Source: Syntrophomonas sp.
Lineage (GTDB): Bacteria; Bacillota; Syntrophomonadia; Syntrophomonadales; Syntrophomonadaceae
Direction: 5' to 3'
DNA length: 64,000 bases
Assembly (NCBI RefSeq): GCF_028707975.1
Contig: NZ_JAQVZX010000001.1
Span: 73-64,072 of the forward strand
Shown piece by piece: positions 60,962 to 64,000 of the stretch. A model generated the notes under the pieces. It did no database searches, was not told where the DNA came from, and saw nothing but the letters and a program-made list of their open reading frames with translations. Position numbers and translations under genes: made by a program. Every line of letters starts with the position of its first letter. Position 1 is the first letter of the stretch.

Positions 60962-62161
60962 TTAGTCCCCCTCAACTATATAGGAAGTACCGTCTTGATC
61001 CCCTATTTTTACCGCTTCTCCGGCTTTAGTATAAATTCTCACCAGATCCCGGGCTACCAGGGTTTTTCTTACCGGGACTTCGACCTCATCTCCGATATGC
61101 AGTTCCAAGTCAGTCGGTATTTCAATCATAGCCATCTGCATAAAAACCTTTCCCCTTACGGGATATAAACTATCCCGGATTCTCACCTGCAACTTAAAAC
61201 GACCCAGATCATAATAAAAGAAAATGTTCTTAAGCAAAATTTTCAATAAATCAATGAAGCCCTCAGCCTTGTTGCCGACATTTAGCCCCAGTCCATCCAT
61301 ATAACCCACAGGAATCACCGCTATCTGCGCATCCTCTTTCAAACGATAGCTGCGGGAATAACCCAGATAATCTCCGGCTTTCAGGCTTTTTAAGGAAATA
61401 ATCTTGCATTTAAAGCAAAATGGGTCGATTAATTCCACTGGCCGGGGCAAATCTCCAGCCGGGTACTGCCCGGAAATAAGGGTGCCGATTCGCACGGCAT
61501 CCAAATGCATATGAGGATATTTCAGAAAAACGGTACTATTAGCACAGTGCCGCAGCGGAATCTTATAACCAGCCTGAGCCAGTTTATTTACTATTTCCAT
61601 AAAACGGCGGAACTGCTCTTCCGTGTAAGCGGGGTCCCCTGATGCCGCATCGGCCATATGGGTGTATATTCCTTCAATATATATGCAGCTATTCTCCTTT
61701 AATGACTGGCATACTGCGCTGATTTCTTCCATATTAGTGAAACCAAATCGTCCCAACCCGCTATCCACCTTCAGGTGCACTCTCAAGGGCTGGTTAAGGC
61801 GCTCGCTGACCTGATTCAGCAACTGGCAGTCAAATAAAGAACTTATGGAGAGGGTAATATGGTTTTTTATCGCTTCCTTAACCTGCTCTTCATCCACCAC
61901 CGGGCTAAAAACCAGGATACTGGAGCGTATTCCTGCCTTTCTCAATTCCAAGGCTTCCGATAAAAAGCTGACCGCAAAAAAGTCGACCCCATTCTGATAC
62001 AGGAAACGAGCCATATTAACTGCCCCATGACCATAAGCATCGGCCTTTAGCACCGCCAGCAGGTGCACACTGCTATCCAGAAGAGATTTAACCCCCTCCA
62101 GGTTTTGCTTAACTGCATCAATATCAATCTCCAACCACTTATCATACTTAAGTTGCTTCAC
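60962..62161 (-). CDS. alr: alanine racemase
   Basis: VLKADAYGHG, VHLKVDSGLGRFG, HCANS and PVGYMDG motifs. Confidence 0.9.
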   Translation of the reverse strand: MKQLKYDKWLEIDIDAVKQNLEGVKSLLDSSVHLLAVLKADAYGHGAVNMARFLYQNGVDFFAVSFLSEALELRKAGIRSSILVFSPVVDEEQVKEAIKNHITLSISSLFDCQLLNQVSERLNQPLRVHLKVDSGLGRFGFTNMEEISAVCQSLKENSCIYIEGIYTHMADAASGDPAYTEEQFRRFMEIVNKLAQAGYKIPLRHCANSTVFLKYPHMHLDAVRIGTLISGQYPAGDLPRPVELIDPFCFKCKIISLKSLKAGDYLGYSRSYRLKEDAQIAVIPVGYMDGLGLNVGNKAEGFIDLLKILLKNIFFYYDLGRFKLQVRIRDSLYPVRGKVFMQMAMIEIPTDLELHIGDEVEVPVRKTLVARDLVRIYTKAGEAVKIGDQDGTSYIVEGD

Positions 62162-63248
62162 CAGTAATCTCTTGTCCTTTCCCGGGCCGTGACAGCTCCC
62201 GGCTCAGCTTGAGGTAAACAGGCAAGACCTTGGTCCAGAGCCAGTAGAAAAGCGGAGAATAAACCTTGTCCCATTCTCCAACAAATTCAACTAAATCACC
62301 ATTGAAACCTTTTTTAAAGCGATATAGTCCATAAAGAGGGTTATCTTCATCCAGGTCTCCGGAAACCCCCCGGAAATCATAGATGGAACAAGCTTGCTGG
62401 CGCGCCCACTGTATCATCTCCCATTGGATCAGATAGTTGGGCATAATATTGCGGTGCAGGTTGCTGGAAGCCCCATAAAGATACCAAACCTTCCCGGCGC
62501 TAATCAAAGCCAGGGTAGCAGCCACCAGCATTCCCTGGTATTCTGCCAAAAATATGCAGGCCAGCTTTTTTTCCACCATGTATTCCCATATCCACTCGAA
62601 ATATTCATAACCCCGAATCAAGAACTTATCCCTTTGAGCAGTTTCCTGAAGCAGTTCATAAAATAGCCGCAGGTCTTCTTTGCTCTCGGCTTTTCTCACC
62701 TTGACCCCTTTTTTCCCGGCCAGTCTGATATTGTATCTCCACTTGCTATGCATGTTTTCCAATAGTTTTATTTCGGACGGGGTGATGTCCAGGCGAAAAA
62801 CGAAATTAGGTTGAACCCCTTCAAAATTCAAACCGGTTTCGTTCTTTTTAAACCCGGCTCTTTGCAATATTTCCTGGAAATGCTGGTTGTGGCAGGAGAC
62901 ATCGGGATCGATTTTTAGAAAAATAGCTCCTTCATCTCTGGCCACCCGGGCGGCTCCGTTGAAAAGGGCCGTTATTTGCTCTTCATTCTCCAGATCGACC
63001 ACCGGACCCCGGGGTGAATAAAATATGCATTTTTTCAGCCCGGGTAGAGGTAGTTTTCTTTTTAAAATCAACAAAGATGCTCTAATTTCACCATCTTGCT
63101 CCAATACCAGGGGCAAGGGCTCCCACCCGGTTCCTTTTTTAACCTGGCCCCATTCCCACAATTGTAGAAAATGCCCCTTGGGGTGGGAATCCACGAATCG
63201 CTTATAACGGTCTTTTTCTTTTATATCGATGATTCTGGTAGTAAACAT
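62148..63248 (-). CDS. FemAB/FemX family peptidoglycan aminoacyltransferase
   Basis: HFLQLWEWG, YSPRGP, YLYGAS and GLYRFKKGF motifs. Confidence 0.9.
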   Translation of the reverse strand: MFTTRIIDIKEKDRYKRFVDSHPKGHFLQLWEWGQVKKGTGWEPLPLVLEQDGEIRASLLILKRKLPLPGLKKCIFYSPRGPVVDLENEEQITALFNGAARVARDEGAIFLKIDPDVSCHNQHFQEILQRAGFKKNETGLNFEGVQPNFVFRLDITPSEIKLLENMHSKWRYNIRLAGKKGVKVRKAESKEDLRLFYELLQETAQRDKFLIRGYEYFEWIWEYMVEKKLACIFLAEYQGMLVAATLALISAGKVWYLYGASSNLHRNIMPNYLIQWEMIQWARQQACSIYDFRGVSGDLDEDNPLYGLYRFKKGFNGDLVEFVGEWDKVYSPLFYWLWTKVLPVYLKLSRELSRPGKGQEITGEAT

Positions 63249-63348
63249 AATATCTCCCTTAAGAAAAGTCGTCGGCCGTAAGGCGTCGAGAGACGGAACG
63301 GTAGTTTAGCGGAAGTTTAGCGATTGTTCAACCATTGTTCAACTAGTA

Positions 63349-64000
63349 TTATCCTTCCCGGCTAGCGGTATCCGGCTTCTCCTTATACTCCAATGCCCCC
63401 CTGACCAGGCCCATAAACAAGGGGTGGGGACGGTTGGGACGGGATTTGAATTCAGGATGAAACTGGCAGGCCACAAACCAGGGGTGCTCCTTTAGCTCGA
63501 TTATTTCTACCAGCCTTCCATCAGGTGAAATTCCGCTTATCACCAGACCTTTGCTCTCCATTTCCTGCCGGAATTCGTTGTTTATCTCATAGCGATGGCG
63601 ATGACGCTCACTGGTCTCAGAAACTCCGTATACCTCATAAGCAAGGGTTCCTTCCACCAGGCGGCAGGGATAACCCCCCAGGCGCATGCTGGCACCTTTA
63701 TTGGCAACATTCTCCTGACCGGGCATCAAGTGAACCACCGGGTAAGGAGTGTCGGGATCAAATTCAGAGCTATTGGCTCCTTTCATTTGGCATACATTGC
63801 GAGCAAACTCAATTATCGCACACTGCATACCCAAACATATACCCAAAAAAGGCACCCGGTTTTCCCGGGCATAAGCAGCAGTAGCTATTTTGCCTTCTAT
63901 GCCTCTTTCTCCAAAACCCCCGGGAATCAAAATTCCATCAACATTTTGTACGAGCTCTTCCGCTCCTTCTTTTTCCACTTTCTCGGCATATATCCATTTA
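63349..64000 (-). CDS. pyrG: CTP synthase, 3' part (starts beyond window end)
   Basis: [23 protein letters not shown] and QFHPEF motifs. Confidence 0.96.
   Translation of the reverse strand, partial: KWIYAEKVEKEGAEELVQNVDGILIPGGFGERGIEGKIATAAYARENRVPFLGICLGMQCAIIEFARNVCQMKGANSSEFDPDTPYPVVHLMPGQENVANKGASMRLGGYPCRLVEGTLAYEVYGVSETSERHRHRYEINNEFRQEMESKGLVISGISPDGRLVEIIELKEHPWFVACQFHPEFKSRPNRPHPLFMGLVRGALEYKEKPDTASREG

Overview
64 kb of core chromosome from an anaerobic, spore-former-type Firmicute (Clostridia-like; Syntrophomonadaceae is my best guess, not proven). Almost all genes are on the minus strand. Two conserved housekeeping blocks are present: pyrG-spo0F-fba-tal-glpX-rho-rpmE-prfA-prmC-sua5-mntP-ywlE-rpiB/glyA-atp-murA-spoIID-spoIIID-mbl-flgF, and ctsR-mcsA-mcsB-clpC-radA-disA-yacL-ispDF-gltX-(Cys T-box)-cysE-cysS-mrnC-thyA. 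I found no rRNA, tRNA, CRISPR array, transposase or integrase. Most of the unusual signal is intergenic. (1) A modular MITE-like element (about 11 copies or fragments) has terminal inverted repeats, 6-7 bp target duplications and internal GTAG-type REP hairpins, and one filled/empty site pair lies inside the window. (2) Three further small repeat families occur, one with covarying hairpins. (3) A roughly 1.7 kb cassette with an AAA+ ATPase/PD-(D/E)XK nuclease gene and a four-repeat operator sits between a truncated and an intact spoIIID, with a palindromic att-like junction. Coding oddities are an RpiB-GlyA fusion across an A8 tract, a CTG start for sua5, a duplicated C-terminal domain in CysS, and an AT-rich thyA in the slot where several clostridia carry thyX.
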